From Octopus bimaculoides (taxonomy: Eukaryota): 64,000 nucleotides of DNA. The notes below the pieces were generated by a model. It searched no databases. It was not told the DNA's origin and worked only from the letters and a program-made list of their open reading frames with translations. Shown one piece after another: positions 37,813 to 50,880 of the stretch. The position numbers were made by a program, and so were the translations under genes. The first letter of the stretch is position 1, and every line of letters begins with the position of its first letter. The stretch is taken from NCBI RefSeq assembly GCF_001194135.2, contig NC_068981.1, positions 101,267,198 through 101,331,197 on the forward strand, in the 5' to 3' direction.

Positions 37813-38185
37813 TAAAGTAGTTGTATGCTGTCAACTTAATGTGACAAGTCCCATGAAGGGAGTAATGCTACCGCTATTTAGCCCTAGGAAGCAGCACCAC
37901 TTCCTGTCAGCCTTGACACATTTCCTGTGTCTTTATGTTTACAAGGGGGAGACAAGCACCTCCACGTAGCTCAGCCTGCATCAGTTTGGATGCTGAGCAA
38001 AGACTCAGAAACATGTCTCTGGATGCAGGCTTAGCTAAGTGGAGGTGCTTGTCTCCTTGTAAACAAAGACACAGGAAATGTGTCAAGGCCGACAGGAAGC
38101 GGTGCTGCTTCCTATGGCTAAATAGCAGTAGTATCATTCCCTTAATGAGACTGTCACATTAAGTTGACAGCATACAACTACTTTA
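37813..38185. repeat. Large fold-back MITE with TA ends
   Basis: TAAAGTAGTTGTATGCTGTCAACTTAATGTGACA ... TGTCACATTAAGTTGACAGCATACAACTACTTTA; arms about 170 bp. Confidence 0.9.
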
Positions 38186-38254
38186 TCGCATCGCCACTGT
38201 ATAAATCTCTCTGAGAGATTTAGAAATGTATTATTTCTATTTTTGAACTACTAA

Positions 38255-38322
<68 letters not shown>

Positions 38323-38324
<2 letters not shown>

Positions 38325-39157
38325 GAGGTCTCATCAATAAGTATCTGAACTGTTGCCATAGTAACAAAGCTAAAGCATGCAGAGTGAAGCTGCTCAGCAA
38401 TGATTGACCTTCAGTTCTGCTGTGCATGCATACTGTTTTAACATTCAAACTCACTTCTGCTGTTTACAGCAGGACTTGGAAGGAAGGGGTGTAGTGTGTG
38501 ATCATCACATTGACCATGACAGAGAAAGTTCTCATGGCGATACCTACTCAGAGGCTTATGCAAAGTTGCAGAAAGTGTATGAGCCACACAAGTATATAAG
38601 TGGTTCAGGCATTTCCCAGATGACCGGGAAAATGTTGATAGTGACGAACATTCTGGGAGACCTGCAACCAGTAGAACTGAGAAAAACATCGCAGATGTAC
38701 GTGGAAATTGTCAAATCATCATCCATAAGTTATCAGAGGATATGCAGATTAGTTACTGGTCAGTTCAGTTCATTATCACTGAAGATTTGGGTATGTGATG
38801 CATGTCTGTCAAGTTTGTGCCAAAACTACTTTCAGCCGACACTCAGGGTTTCAGTTGCACAAGATCTTGATTGTGTCGAGAACAATGAAAACTTTCTGAA
38901 AACTTTGTGCCAAGCTTTTGGCAAAATTCAATGCAGATTCTCTGCTCAACTTTCTCTGTCATGGTCAATGCGACAATCACACGCTACACACCTTCCTTCT
39001 AAGCACTGCCATAAACAGCATAAGTAAACTAAAACACTAAAACTTAGTGCACATGCACAGCAGAGTTCAAGGTCAATCTTTGCCAAGCAGCTTCACTCTG
39101 TGTGCTTTAGCTTCGTTACTATGGCAACCGTCCGGATACTTATGGATCAGACTATGT
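38323..39157 (+). mobile_element. Internally deleted mariner element
   Basis: TIRs of about 100 bp (ATAAGTATC..GTTGCCATAGTAAC..AGAGTGAAGCTGCT); MSHTQVYKWFRHF..DEHSGRPATS..EDLGM..KFVPKLL. Confidence 0.8.
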
Positions 39158-40379
39158 ATATATAAATTTATAGCCATTCAAAAAACAGATTGTTAAGTAT
39201 CAGACTGAAATATGTATTGAGGTCAATATTATCTACTAAGACACTTGAAGACAGCAACCAGTATGGCCACAGTCCAGTGACTGACACTAATAAAATACAT
39301 GTCTTGCCTTATCAGTCTTCTTTCTCTCTTTCTGAAAAGTTCATCCAACAGTAGAGATAAATAAGCAGGGCTAGATAAGATTTACTGTTAATAGTTATGA
39401 TACATACTTCCTTGTTCTAAAGTGCAGAACCTTAAAGCTACTGCATTAAGTAACTGACTGGAGTGGATATTGTACCAGGTAAACTGCTGACAAGTTCATA
39501 GTTCATATCTTGGCTGTAATCAGAAACTGATAGAACCTACATAATTTTCCAGGACTCTTAATAGCTGTGACTATCTAATTTTTTTTTCTCAGGTCTGATA
39601 TATCTAGACATGTATTTTAAAGACAACATGATGTGATTTGAGATAGATCTGGCTGCTATTTCTAGAAGGTTGAGTGACTACATAAAGGCTTCCTTCCTTG
39701 GAAGATATATCTTACAGCTGTAAAGCAAGCAACAGTAGCACATTAAGATTGATAAGTGTTCTATTAGATTTACTTGTGTTGAAGAGGCAGTAAGGAAACC
39801 ATTCCAAGTGTGTATATTTTTTAATTATTACTTAGAGACTAAGATCTTCAGTAGCAGTTCCCCAATTACCTAAAGGGTTACTAATCATAGAAGTATTAAT
39901 ATATAATCAATTCATTATACTTACTCAATACAAAATATATCATTGAATCTAGTACAAAAAAATCAATTTTATTGCTTGGTTACATTACGTGTGTTTTGTT
40001 CTGTATGAGATGAGAAGTAATCAGAAGGCTTAGTAAAATTACTATTGCTGGACAGATAATAGCTTCATATTTGACATAGTACTCTCTTAGGGCCTATTCA
40101 TAATAGCCTGCAAGCTTTTACAAATTTTTAAAAATATAAAGAATAAAAAAATATTTAAGTTCCTATCATGTTTACTTGATATGTGAGACATTTTTTTTTT
40201 TTCTGTCCTAAGAGTCATAAAGCTGAAACAAATGTCCTTGGTGTTTATTAGAACTACTGCTGTTTACATTTTACATTCAGAACTTTATTTTCTAGTAAAC
40301 AATTCCTATATCAACGGTCTTAATTTCATATCTCCTAATAAGGCCCTGTCTCATAAACATGCTTTTCTACTTGTTATTT

Positions 40380-42100
40380 TTCCGGGTAATGACATGCTCA
40401 AAATTTTGAGGTATGACCAGATTGATATACCTGGTGGCAGCTAAGAGTTCTTCCTTTAGACATGAGTCATCTCTGCCAGAGAATGTTGCTGCTATTGCTA
40501 TGAGGGCTGTTGTCTAGTAAGGGCCATCCAAAACATCCACCATTGTATTTCAGTGAGTGATTTGTGTGTGCAGATCATTCAGCATAATCGCACGGCCTCT
40601 TTTACCATGCGTACCAGACTATTTCCAATACAAATTTTGATAAAGCAAATGGAGGTTGGTCAAATGTTATGACTAGGATTTGTTCTGAATTCAGAAATTT
40701 GACAGTTTGTCTCTGAACATTCATGCCATGTTTGACAAAGGGGCAAAATTCTTGTAGAACAGAGGAAGATTGCACTTAAATTTTATGCCAGACATTTTGT
40801 AGGTATGATGGACAATCCATGAGGTGATATCTCCACTGCTGAAGATTTTTTCTTTAAAAATAGCAATGCATACTCTACCCAGCTGTGTTCCCATGCTCTG
40901 GCTTGATCTATGCAGCTCTTGAGTAGAAATATGTCACATTTTGGCACTGTGACAACAATTGTCTTCAAAATAACATTTTTGAGAAGAGATTATTTCACAA
41001 TTTGATGGTATTGCAATTGATAGTCTGCTCACATTACCTTCAAACAGGAAAAGGCTGATTCTGTTACTATGGAAAGATGTTAATTCTGTCATAAGATAGG
41101 GAAAGGTTACCTCATGCTCTAGAATGTGTCTGGTCTTTATAGTTTGATATTTTTGCATTCTTAATAATGTTGAGGGAGTTTAGCTTGTCTTGATCTTTCA
41201 AACTGGAGCCATTCAAGATCACGAAAATAAAAGATTTGATGTTTTAGGAGGGTGATCCTTCTTGATCTTCATTTTGACAATAACCAGTGAATTTGATGTC
41301 TTTACTGCTAAAGATATATTTCCTTACAATTGTGGCAGCTTTGGTTTGGGATGAGAGTATCTTCTGAGTAATCTCAAATTTTCAGTTCATCATTAAGCAT
41401 ATTTCTCATGGTTCAATTCCTTAGTACATGTCACTTCAAAGAATGGATCTTAGACAGCTTGAAGAAGAGAGTTCTAGAGTTCACAAATTTCTCAATGTAG
41501 CTGATCAGTTCTTCAAATGCCCAAAACTCATTCATTATCTTATTTGTGTTTTCAGATATTTGGCTCTGCTTACAAGTCAGATTACAGTACAAATTTCTCA
41601 ACTTGATGAGACACATCAAATAGCATTTAGCTCCAATGCAATTAGATCTTCTCTAAGTATTCTCAGTTAAAAGCTGGTATTGTTTTGCTCTGTGATCCTG
41701 TCTTGAATGTTTTTTTACTTGCATCAATGTTGAAACTTTGTGGAGAACAGTTTCTTCATTTTCTTTCTTGTTTTGTGCTTACTGGGCTTTTTCTTTCTAT
41801 GGTTAGGTTTGTGCTCTTTCTTTTTCTTTGCCTTTGTTAACTTAAAATTGTATTTCAAAAGGCAAGACTTGTGTCAGGAAGCAGAATGAGAAGCAAAATA
41901 GTCAACACTTTCATTGCTGTTGGAGTACAGTTCTGTGGAAAGATCATCATCTGGAACTGATCTATGTTGGAAAAGAATGGTGTGTAGGCATGTTTTCTCA
42001 CAATTTAGGGCTCTGCAAGAGACGCTTCAAGGGTCCAGTAGTGCTTTACTGGTAAATCACATAATGATCCCAGTTCAATACCACATTGTCACACTAAAAA
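40380..42100 (-). pseudogene. Fossil of an unclassified large metazoan transposase-like gene
   Basis: Ordered remnants NWDHYVIYQ*STTGPLK, EDLIALE/AKCYLMCLIKLRNLY, AFEELISYIEK..FFKLSKIHSL, TFDQPPFALSK, IMLNDLH..DVLDG..TTAL..SG..DSCLK. Confidence 0.6.
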
Positions 42101-43097
42101 TATGGGAATGCTATTGATATGTTGGTACATGGTTGAGAATTGTATTTTTAGCCAGGGAATTTAAAAAAAAAACTTCAGTATCAAATAAATGGCATATTGA
42201 ATTAAAAAAATGTGTATTCACAATTCATTATTTTAAATATGTTCTGCAATTTCATGTATCTTCAACCAGACTGATCTTATGATTTGTATGGCTGGAGAAA
42301 TATGCTATTCTTCATAGATGTCAGCCATTTTGTATTTCAGTGTTTTGCATGCATATTTTTAAACATTCTTAACTTAATATTGATTAGACTTTCATGACTA
42401 ATATGATACTTTTATCAACCAATTAATTGGACTTTTTAAATATAACATTAAGTTACCTGACTAAAGATTATATTTTATGGTGACAGCTCTAAAGAATCTG
42501 ACTTGAGAGTAATAGTAAATACATAGATGTATTGAAAAATCATTGCCATTTTATCCAGCAGCTACTGGAAGACTGGTTTTGGTTGTGTCCATATTTGTTT
42601 CCGGAATTTATAGGAAAGCTACTGGCCGAGCTAAAAATGCTGTCATAGCTTGTATAAATTCTTACCTGATTGTCTCCATGACAACTATGTCAGGTTTGAT
42701 TAACTTTGTTTTGTTGTTAGGGTATTGATTTCTGTGAAACCTGCTTAAATAAAAATCCTGTGAAGATATATTATTTCAGGAGGAACTTCAAAGTCACAGA
42801 CAATAATTTTCACATGGGTGTTCCTTCAAATATAATATGACTGCAGCTGACAACCTCAAGAAGGGGTTGCATTTAACATCCTCAGTGCTTTACTAACTGG
42901 AACATTCATTTCACAGCTGTGAGCAGATACTGGTTTTATTTAACCACATTCCACTCATTTCTGTACAGGATTCCCACCAATACTTTTAACAAACACGAAC
43001 CATTTTGTATTGGTCTCAACACTAGTACAGTAGAAATAGCACAAGAGTGAGAAATATATCTTTAGCTAGAAAATTACAAAAAGAAAGAAAGCTTTAA

Positions 43098-43571
43098 CTC
43101 TTTAACGTTTAAACTAGCTATATCAGTTCCAAATAGTCTACCTCTTTTATGTTTAAACCAGCCACATCTATCCTCTCACACCTACCCAACAATGCCAAGA
43201 AAATTACGGTGAAGCTGCATAATAGTGGTGTCAGACATGGCATGCAGACCATCATATAACTTGTTTTATTCTTCTCTATTGCTTTATTTTGACATGTGCA
43301 TTGCACTTTTGTATATTGCAGCATTTTACGAATTCAGTGTATACATGCACATTGAGTGTTCATACTTCTCTTTCTGGTTTCTTCTCAAAACTGTTTATAG
43401 ATCACAACCATCTCATGAACGTGTTCGTGAGGAGCACTTTGCACTTAAATGGTTGTGAAATAAACAATCACATCACTGAAATCTAAAAGCTACTAAATAA
43501 TGCATGATTAATTTAACACAACGTGAATAAATAAGCATTACATTTGACAGAGTAATCTGAATGTTAAAGGG
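43098..43571. mobile_element. piggyBac-type MITE with an internal insertion
   Basis: TTAA|CTCTTTAACGTT ... AATGTTAAAGGG|TTAA; body shared with 18808 and 62050. Confidence 0.6.
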
Positions 43572-44814
43572 TTAATATTGCCAAGACAGTGAATCAGATC
43601 AAAATTGTCTTTTGAATAGCAAAACAGTTCAAAAACAATTCCTTTCCTTCAGTGTGATCTTCAATTTAATGTATCTTTAACCAAGTTGATCTTAGAACTT
43701 TGGCAATGAGTGTTGTGGTGGTTGTGTGAAATGCGATGTGGTTTGAGACCTGATAATCTAATGTGTTTTGATTAAAATAAGACAGGATGAACATCAGTAA
43801 GAAAATGCAAAGGCAAGTTAAAATTGACCCGGCTGAAATGTTTATTACCATCGCTAAAGTGAAATACAGCAAACTGGTAGGACATTAATAATTGTCAGTA
43901 CATTACAGAGATTCAAATGCTTATAGAAGTTGAAGATGAAAGGTTAGAAAAATGTGAAGCATAGCATCAAGGATTCTGGTTACAATTCTGTTCTTGCTGA
44001 AGCTGCAAAGTGAATACACTGCTCTCATTGTCAGAGATCCAAAACTTACTCATAGCAAATTCACTTCCCTCTGAAATTAGCAGGAAAAATCGTCCCTTAA
44101 ATAATTGATGTAGGGATGCTAGGTTAGTTCATCATATTAAGGGGTGATAGTTCAAGTAAAGCTAAATGGAATGGACCATCACATGATGAGCCAAAAATAG
44201 GTAGCTAAAAGTAAAAAGCCATAATGTGGGTAGCTAAAGGTCAAGAGCAATCATGCTTCTACTACACCTATCCTCTTACCAGAGAAATGACCGTGAGAGT
44301 AAGAAGCAAAAACCAGAAAAAATGTAGCAAGGAGAAAAAAATATACAACAAATGTTAACAAAAATGTACATGAAATTAAAAAAAAAAAGCATGAGCATAA
44401 AAGTGGCCAATAAAAATGAACAATACATTAAAATATAACCAAAAATTCTTATTGATGGCTGAAAATGTTAATAATAGTTCAAGATAAGGGTCTTTAGAAG
44501 ATTGCTGTTACAACAAAATCAAGAAAGCACGTTAAAAAGCAATGACAGAAAATAGTGGGTACCAAACAGTCAAAGATTTTTGAAATTTCAATTTTAACTT
44601 CAGTATTCCTTCAAAAATAACATGAGTGCAGCTGACAACCTCAGGAAAGAGTTTCATCTAACATTCTCAATGCTATACAAGCTGGGACATTCATTTCACA
44701 GCAGTGAGCAGATACTGGTTTCATTTAACCACTTTCTACTCATTTCTATACAACTAATGAGGCTAGAAAAATGCTATGTTCATAAATGTTGGCCATCTTG
44801 AGCATTGGTGTACA

Positions 44815-46250
44815 TCATCATCATCATCGTTTAACGTCCGCCTTCTATGCTAGCATGGGTTGGACGACTTGACTGAGGACCGGTGAAACCGGATGGCAAC
44901 ACCAGGCTCCAGTCTGATTTGGCAGAGTTTCTACAGCTGGATGCCCTTCCTAACGCCAACCACTCAGAGAGTGTAGTGGGTGCTTTTACGTGTCACCCGC
45001 ACGAAAACGGCCACGCTCGAAATGGTGTCTTTTATGTGCCNNNNNNNNNNNNNNNNNNNNNNNNNNNNNNNNNNNNNNNNNNNNNNNNNNNNNNNNNNNN
45101 NNNNNNNNNNNNNNNNNNNNNNNNNNNNNNNNNNNNNNNNNNNNNNNNNNNNNNNNNNNNNNNNNNNNNNNNNNNNNNNNNNNNNNNNNNNNNNNNNNNN
45201 NNNNNNNNNNNNNNNNNNNNNNNNNNNNNNNNNNNNNNNNNNNNNNNNNNNNNNNNNNNNNNNNNNNNNNNNNNNNNNNNNNNNNNNNNNNNNNNNNNNN
45301 NNNNNNNNNNNNNNNNNNNNNNNNNNNNNNNNNNNNNNNNNNNNNNNNNNNNNNNNNNNNNNNNNNNNNNNNNNNNNNNNNNNNNNNNNNNNNNNNNNNN
45401 NNNNNNNNNNNNNNNNNNNNNNNNNNNNNNNNNNNNNNNNNNNNNNNNNNNNNNNNNNNNNNNNNNNNNNNNNNNNNNNNNNNNNNNNNNNNNNNNNNNN
45501 NNNNNNNNNNNNNNNNNNNNNNNNNNNNNNNNNNNNNNNNNNNNNNNNNNNNNNNNNNNNNNNNNNNNNNNNNNNNNNNNNNNNNNNNNNNNNNNNNNNN
45601 NNNNNNNNNNNNNNNNNNNNNNNNNNNNNNNNNNNNNNNNNNNNNNNNNNNNNNNNNNNNNNNNNNNNNNNNNNNNNNNNNNNNNNNNNNNNNNNNNNNN
45701 NNNNNNNNNNNNNNNNNNNNNNNNNNNNNNNNNNNNNNNNNNNNNNNNNNNNNNNNNNNNNNNNNNNNNNNNNNNNNNNNNNNNNNNNNNNNNNNNNNNN
45801 NNNNNNNNNNNNNNNNNNNNNNNNNNNNNNNNNNNNNNNNNNNNNNNNNNNNNNNNNNNNNNNNNNNNNNNNNNNNNNNNNNNNNNNNNNNNNNNNNNNN
45901 NNNNNNNNNNNNNNNNNNNNNNNNNNNNNNNNNNNNNNNNNNNNNNNNNNNNNNNNNNNNNNNNNNNNNGCTACACTTTCAGCGCACCCACCCCCACTAC
46001 TAACTTGGTCGCCCAGATAGCGGAAGCTATCGACTACCTCTAGTTTTTCACCCTGGAATGAGATAGAAGTTGTTTCCTGTTTGTTTGCAGTCTTTATTGC
46101 ACCTGAACATCTGCCACAAACAAAAACTAACTTGCTAGTTAACCTGCCTTTGATGTTGCTGCACCTCTTATGTGTCCATAGCTTGCACCGGGTACATCTT
46201 ATAGAGTTACTACCTACTCCTTTTCTGTGTGTGTTTTTTTTTTTTTTTTG
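44815..46250 (-). mobile_element. Relatively young RTE LINE 3' portion spanning a gap
   Basis: (CAT)n-terminated 3' UTR at 44815-45040 retains CpGs; Cys-rich and RT C-terminal segment at 45970-46250. Confidence 0.7.
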
Positions 46251-46469
46251 ACATAGATATTTTGAAAAACTCTGGAGGGTCCTTAACCTAACATTGATTG
46301 GCCCTAAGTGAGCTTCATAGCTAAAATGGTATGTTTATCCACTGAGCGACAGTACTCTTAAATATAGCTCTTAACCACCTGACTAGAGTTATTAACTGTA
46401 TGATGGCAGCTGTAAAAAGTCAGCTGCATGATTATTTCTATATATATATATATACACACACACACAATC

Positions 46470-47075
46470 ATCATCATCATCGTTTAACGCCCACTTTCCA
46501 TGCTAGCATGGGTTGGACAATTTGACTGAGGACTGGTGAACCAGATGGTTGCACAAGGCTCCAATCTGATCTGACAGAGTTTCTACAGCTGGATGCCCTT
46601 CCTCACGCCAACCACTCTGAGAGTGTAGTGGGTGCTTTCACGTGCCGCCAGCACAAGGGCCAATCAGGCGGTACTGGCAACGGCCACACTCATAGTGGTG
46701 TTTTTTACGTGCCACCTGCACAGGAGCCAGTCCAGCGGCACTGGCAACAATCTCACTCGAATGCTTTTTCACGTGCCAGCAGCACAAGTGCCAGGAAGGC
46801 GATGCTGGTAATGATCATGCTCAAATGGTGCTATTTACGTGCCACTGGCACGGAAGCCAGACAGCTGCTCTGGCAATGATCACGCTCGGACGGTGCTGTT
46901 AGTGATCCACTGGCACAAGTGCCAGTCATCGAATTTGGTTCAGCTACGATTTCGGTGCCACTGGCACAGAAGCCAGACAGCTACTCTGGCAATGATCACG
47001 CTCGGACGGTGCTGTTAGCGCTCCACTGGCACAGGTGCCAGTCATTGAATTTGGTTCAATTACGATTTCGGTATT
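46470..47075 (-). mobile_element. RTE 3' UTR copy with an internal tandem array of about 60-bp units
   Basis: CATCATCATCGTTTAACG..GCTAGCATGGGTTGGAC end; repeated CTGGCAA..TCACGCTCG..GTGCCACTGGCAC units. Confidence 0.7.
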
Positions 47076-49051
47076 TATATAAATAAATAAAAACAGTTGT
47101 TTGCAATGTTATAACATTTTCCATAAAGGAAAATTATAGTTGACTAAAGGTATGTGTGTGTATCCATATATGCATACATCTGTGCATATATATGCATGTA
47201 TATGTTTTTTGTTTTGCGTGTGAGAAAAGGATTGTCCTTTATTCAGCAATTATTGGAAAACTAGTGACCAGTCTGAATATTGCTATGGCTCATCTAAATT
47301 CTCACCTGATTGTTTCCATGATAAATATGTCTAATGTTGGTTAACCAAACTGCATTTGTTTTGTTGTTATGGTATTGACTTTTTATATGCATAAGGCTGT
47401 TTTTGTAAGGGGAGCATATAAAGTAACTGGTATTACTTTATAGACAGGGAAGATGTAAGGTAAAGTGAAGTACAATAAGATTTGAACTTCTAATGTTGAG
47501 AGGAGCCAAAATAAGTGCTGCTATGGTAATTATTCCTATGTTTTGCCACCATAGATTTTGTTTAGCCCCAGGTCATTCCTGAAGGTGTAGAATTATGGTC
47601 AGAAGCATTCCAGCCATGATCTTGTCTCTCTGCTCCATTCTAGGACTATATTATCCAATTTGTCCTTTCTGATTTATTACAGTGGGGTGTGATTTGATTG
47701 AAACTTGGTTCCTATTTCTAGCAGGTCAAGCAACCACAGAAAGGCTCTTTTTTTTTTTTGTTGTTTTTGTTGCACTCAAATTGCTAGTTATTAAGATATA
47801 ATAATCATCGTCATCATCATCATTTAAGATGCATTTTCCATGTTGGCACGGGTTGGATGGTTTGACAGGAGCTGGTAAAGCCAGAAGCCATACCAAGTTC
47901 TGTTTTGGTTTGGTTTCTGCATCTGGACGTGATTAATACCAACCACTTTACAGAGTGTACTGGGTGCTTTTAAGTCAATGTGTGATTAATTTTCTTTCTT
48001 TATTACTTTGTTTTCTCCTTTTTCTAAGGTTTGAATAGTTTAATCTACATCGTATTTCCATACTTGTAATAAAACATTGGAGCTTCCACCTGGTTCTTCA
48101 ATCTCTTATAAATAAACGTCCAAATCTCTCCAATTTTACATTGCCGTCTTTAAAAAAAATAAAAAGCATTGGATGATGAGCAAAACTTTTTGAAAATATG
48201 GAAATGATATGGCTTTTAATCACGGAATTACTCAATCAGAACTCATCTAGAGCTAATTAACAACAACAATGAAGTTTGGGAAAGATCAAATATTGAAATG
48301 TCTAAGATTTTTTTTTTTTTTTTTCCATTTTAGTAATCAAATAATTTGTTCATGGGTGGTGGGGCACTTCCCTGTTTCAATAGATTAAAGAATTATTCCC
48401 CTTACATTATAATCAACACAGAAACAGTGAGTGAGAAAGATAGATGTGTGGAATGTTATAATTCTATATTCTGACACAGTTTATTTCTGTTAGTGGGTTT
48501 TTCTGCTGTTAATGAGTCCTTTACAGAAATAATGCAGTAATGCTCCACTGACATAGCTAATCTAAATTCTTTTGTTACTAGTCTGTCATTGTCACAATGA
48601 ATATTGTTGTGTTAGATGTGAACAGATGACTAATCCCTTTTTATCTAGTGTGTCATTTCCGAATGTGTGTGAACCTGATACAATAGAGTAAAATTTATTA
48701 ATAATATTGAAGTGGCTGAGCTTTTACAGTTATCTATCCATAACTTGCTTCTCCCTCCCTCTCTCTCTCTCATGTATATATATATATATCATCATCATTT
48801 AGCATCCGTTTTCCATGCTGGTATCAGAGTTTGACTGGAACTAGTAAGCCGGAGTACTGCGCCAGGCTCCAGTCTATTTTGATTTGGTTTCTATGCCTGG
48901 ATGCCTTTCCGAACATCAACCACTCCACAGAATATTCTGGATGTCTTTAATGTGTCACCAGCACTGATGCCTTTAACATTTCACCGGCACTGGTACCACC
49001 ATACAGGTGTCTCACATGTGTCAACAGCACACACACACACTCACATACATA

Positions 49052-49380
49052 TGAAGGCATGTGGCTTAATGGTTAGGGTATTTAGCTCCTGATTGTAAGG
49101 CCGGGAGTTCAATTCCCGGCTACACATTGTGTCCTTGAGCAAGACACTTTATTTCACATTGCTCCAGTTTACTCAGCGGGTAAAAATGAGTAGTACCTGT
49201 ATTTCAATGGACCAAACTTGTCGCACTCTGTGTCATGCTCAATCTCCCTGGGAACTATGTTATGGGTACATGTGTCTGTAGAGTGCTCAGCCACATGCAC
49301 GTTAATTTCACAGCAAGCTGTTCCGTCAATTGGATCAACTGGAACCCTCATCATCACAGCCAATGGAGTGCCAGTTATAT
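49052..49380 (+). mobile_element. CORE-like tRNA-derived SINE, same family as 1533-1855
   Basis: TGGCTTAATGG A box; GGAGTTCAATTCC B box; TTGTGTCCTTGAGCAAGACACTT. Confidence 0.75.
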
Positions 49381-50059
49381 ATATNNNNNNNNNNNNNNNN
49401 NNNNNNNNNNNNNNNNNNNNNNNNNNNNNNNNNNNNNNNNNNNNNNNNNNNNNTATATATATAGATATATAGATATATATTTTACATATATATGCATTGA
49501 TTTATTGATAATCTCTTGAGACCAAGAAAGACGATATTTTGCAATTTCTTGCTGAACCTTTTCCTGCCCATTTTTATTTTGAAAATTATGCTTTCAAAAC
49601 ACCTACTACTAACTAGATTACCTAAGTAACAAATTATTAACAACTTTTGCACATTTCAGGAAATCTATTTACTGGGGCCCTTCATGCTTGCTTTTTTAGC
49701 ATTTAAACTGGCCGTATTTGACCCAAATAATCTACCTGTCTTTTACACAAACTGGCCAGATCTGACCTCTCGCACCTTCCCCACAATATCATTCTAAAAA
49801 TAAACACATCATTGCATTGTAATCTTTTTTCTAGAAGATACTGCACAATTAACTCAAAACCTGAATAAATATTTCGCACTCAAAAGTTTTCAGAATTGCC
49901 GATATGGCCGCCAGGGTGGCGGAGGGGTTAGTTGTAGTTAGCATAATTTCACTTACTTATGATCAGGTTTTATTAAATTTTCATTAAATAAAAATAATTT
50001 CTGTTTAGAGGGTATCACATTGAAAGCTATTAAATCTTAGGTCCAACTTTTCTCTCAAG

Positions 50060-50880
50060 GCACTTACGTTCTGTCGTGTATGCACACTGACATTACATAT
50101 CCATCGGAGCATACTGGCTTCATTCCTTGCAAGCTTACGCATGTCCTCAGCAGTCATGGCCCATGTTTCTCTACCATGTAGCATGGCTGTTCATACGCAT
50201 GTGTCATACATTCTACTTTTTACTCTGAGCAAGAGGTCCTTTGTCACCAGCAGAGGTAAGAGCTCTCTGAACTTTGCTCAGGCTATTCTTATTCTAGCAG
50301 CTACACTTTCAGAGCATCCACCCCACTACAAACTTGGTCACTAAGGTAACGGAAGCTGTCAACTACTTTTAGTTTTTCTCCCTGGAATGTGACAACTTGT
50401 TCTCGACACATTTTCAGTGTTTATTGCTCTTGTGTATTGGCCACATACAAACGCTATCTTTCCAGTTAGCTTACCTTTGATATTGCTGCACCTCTTATGT
50501 GTCCATAGCTTACACTGGGTACATCTTCTAGAGTTTCTACCTACACCTTTTCTACAGATCGAGCAGGACTATCTACCTGAAGGGATTTGTGATTTGTTTG
50601 CCTTCCTACTTACTAAGACTTTGTTTTTTGTTAGACTGACTCTAAGGCCCTTCGATTCTAGTCCTTGCTTCCACACCTGAACCTTCTCCTCTAGTCTGAT
50701 AGCAACTCAGCAATTAGAGCAAGGTCATCAGCATAGAGGAGCTCCCAGGGGCATCCTGTCTTGAATTCCTCTGTTATTGCTTGGAGGACTGTGATAAATA
50801 GGAGGAAGCTGAGGACTGAACCTTGGTGGACCCCTACCTCTACCTGGAATTCTTCACTATACTCATTGCCAACCCTCAAT
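50060..50880 (-). mobile_element. RTE LINE RT fragment
   Basis: RVGNEYSEEFQVEVGVHQGSVLSFLLFITVLQAITEEFKTGCPWELLYADDLALIAE. Confidence 0.88.
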
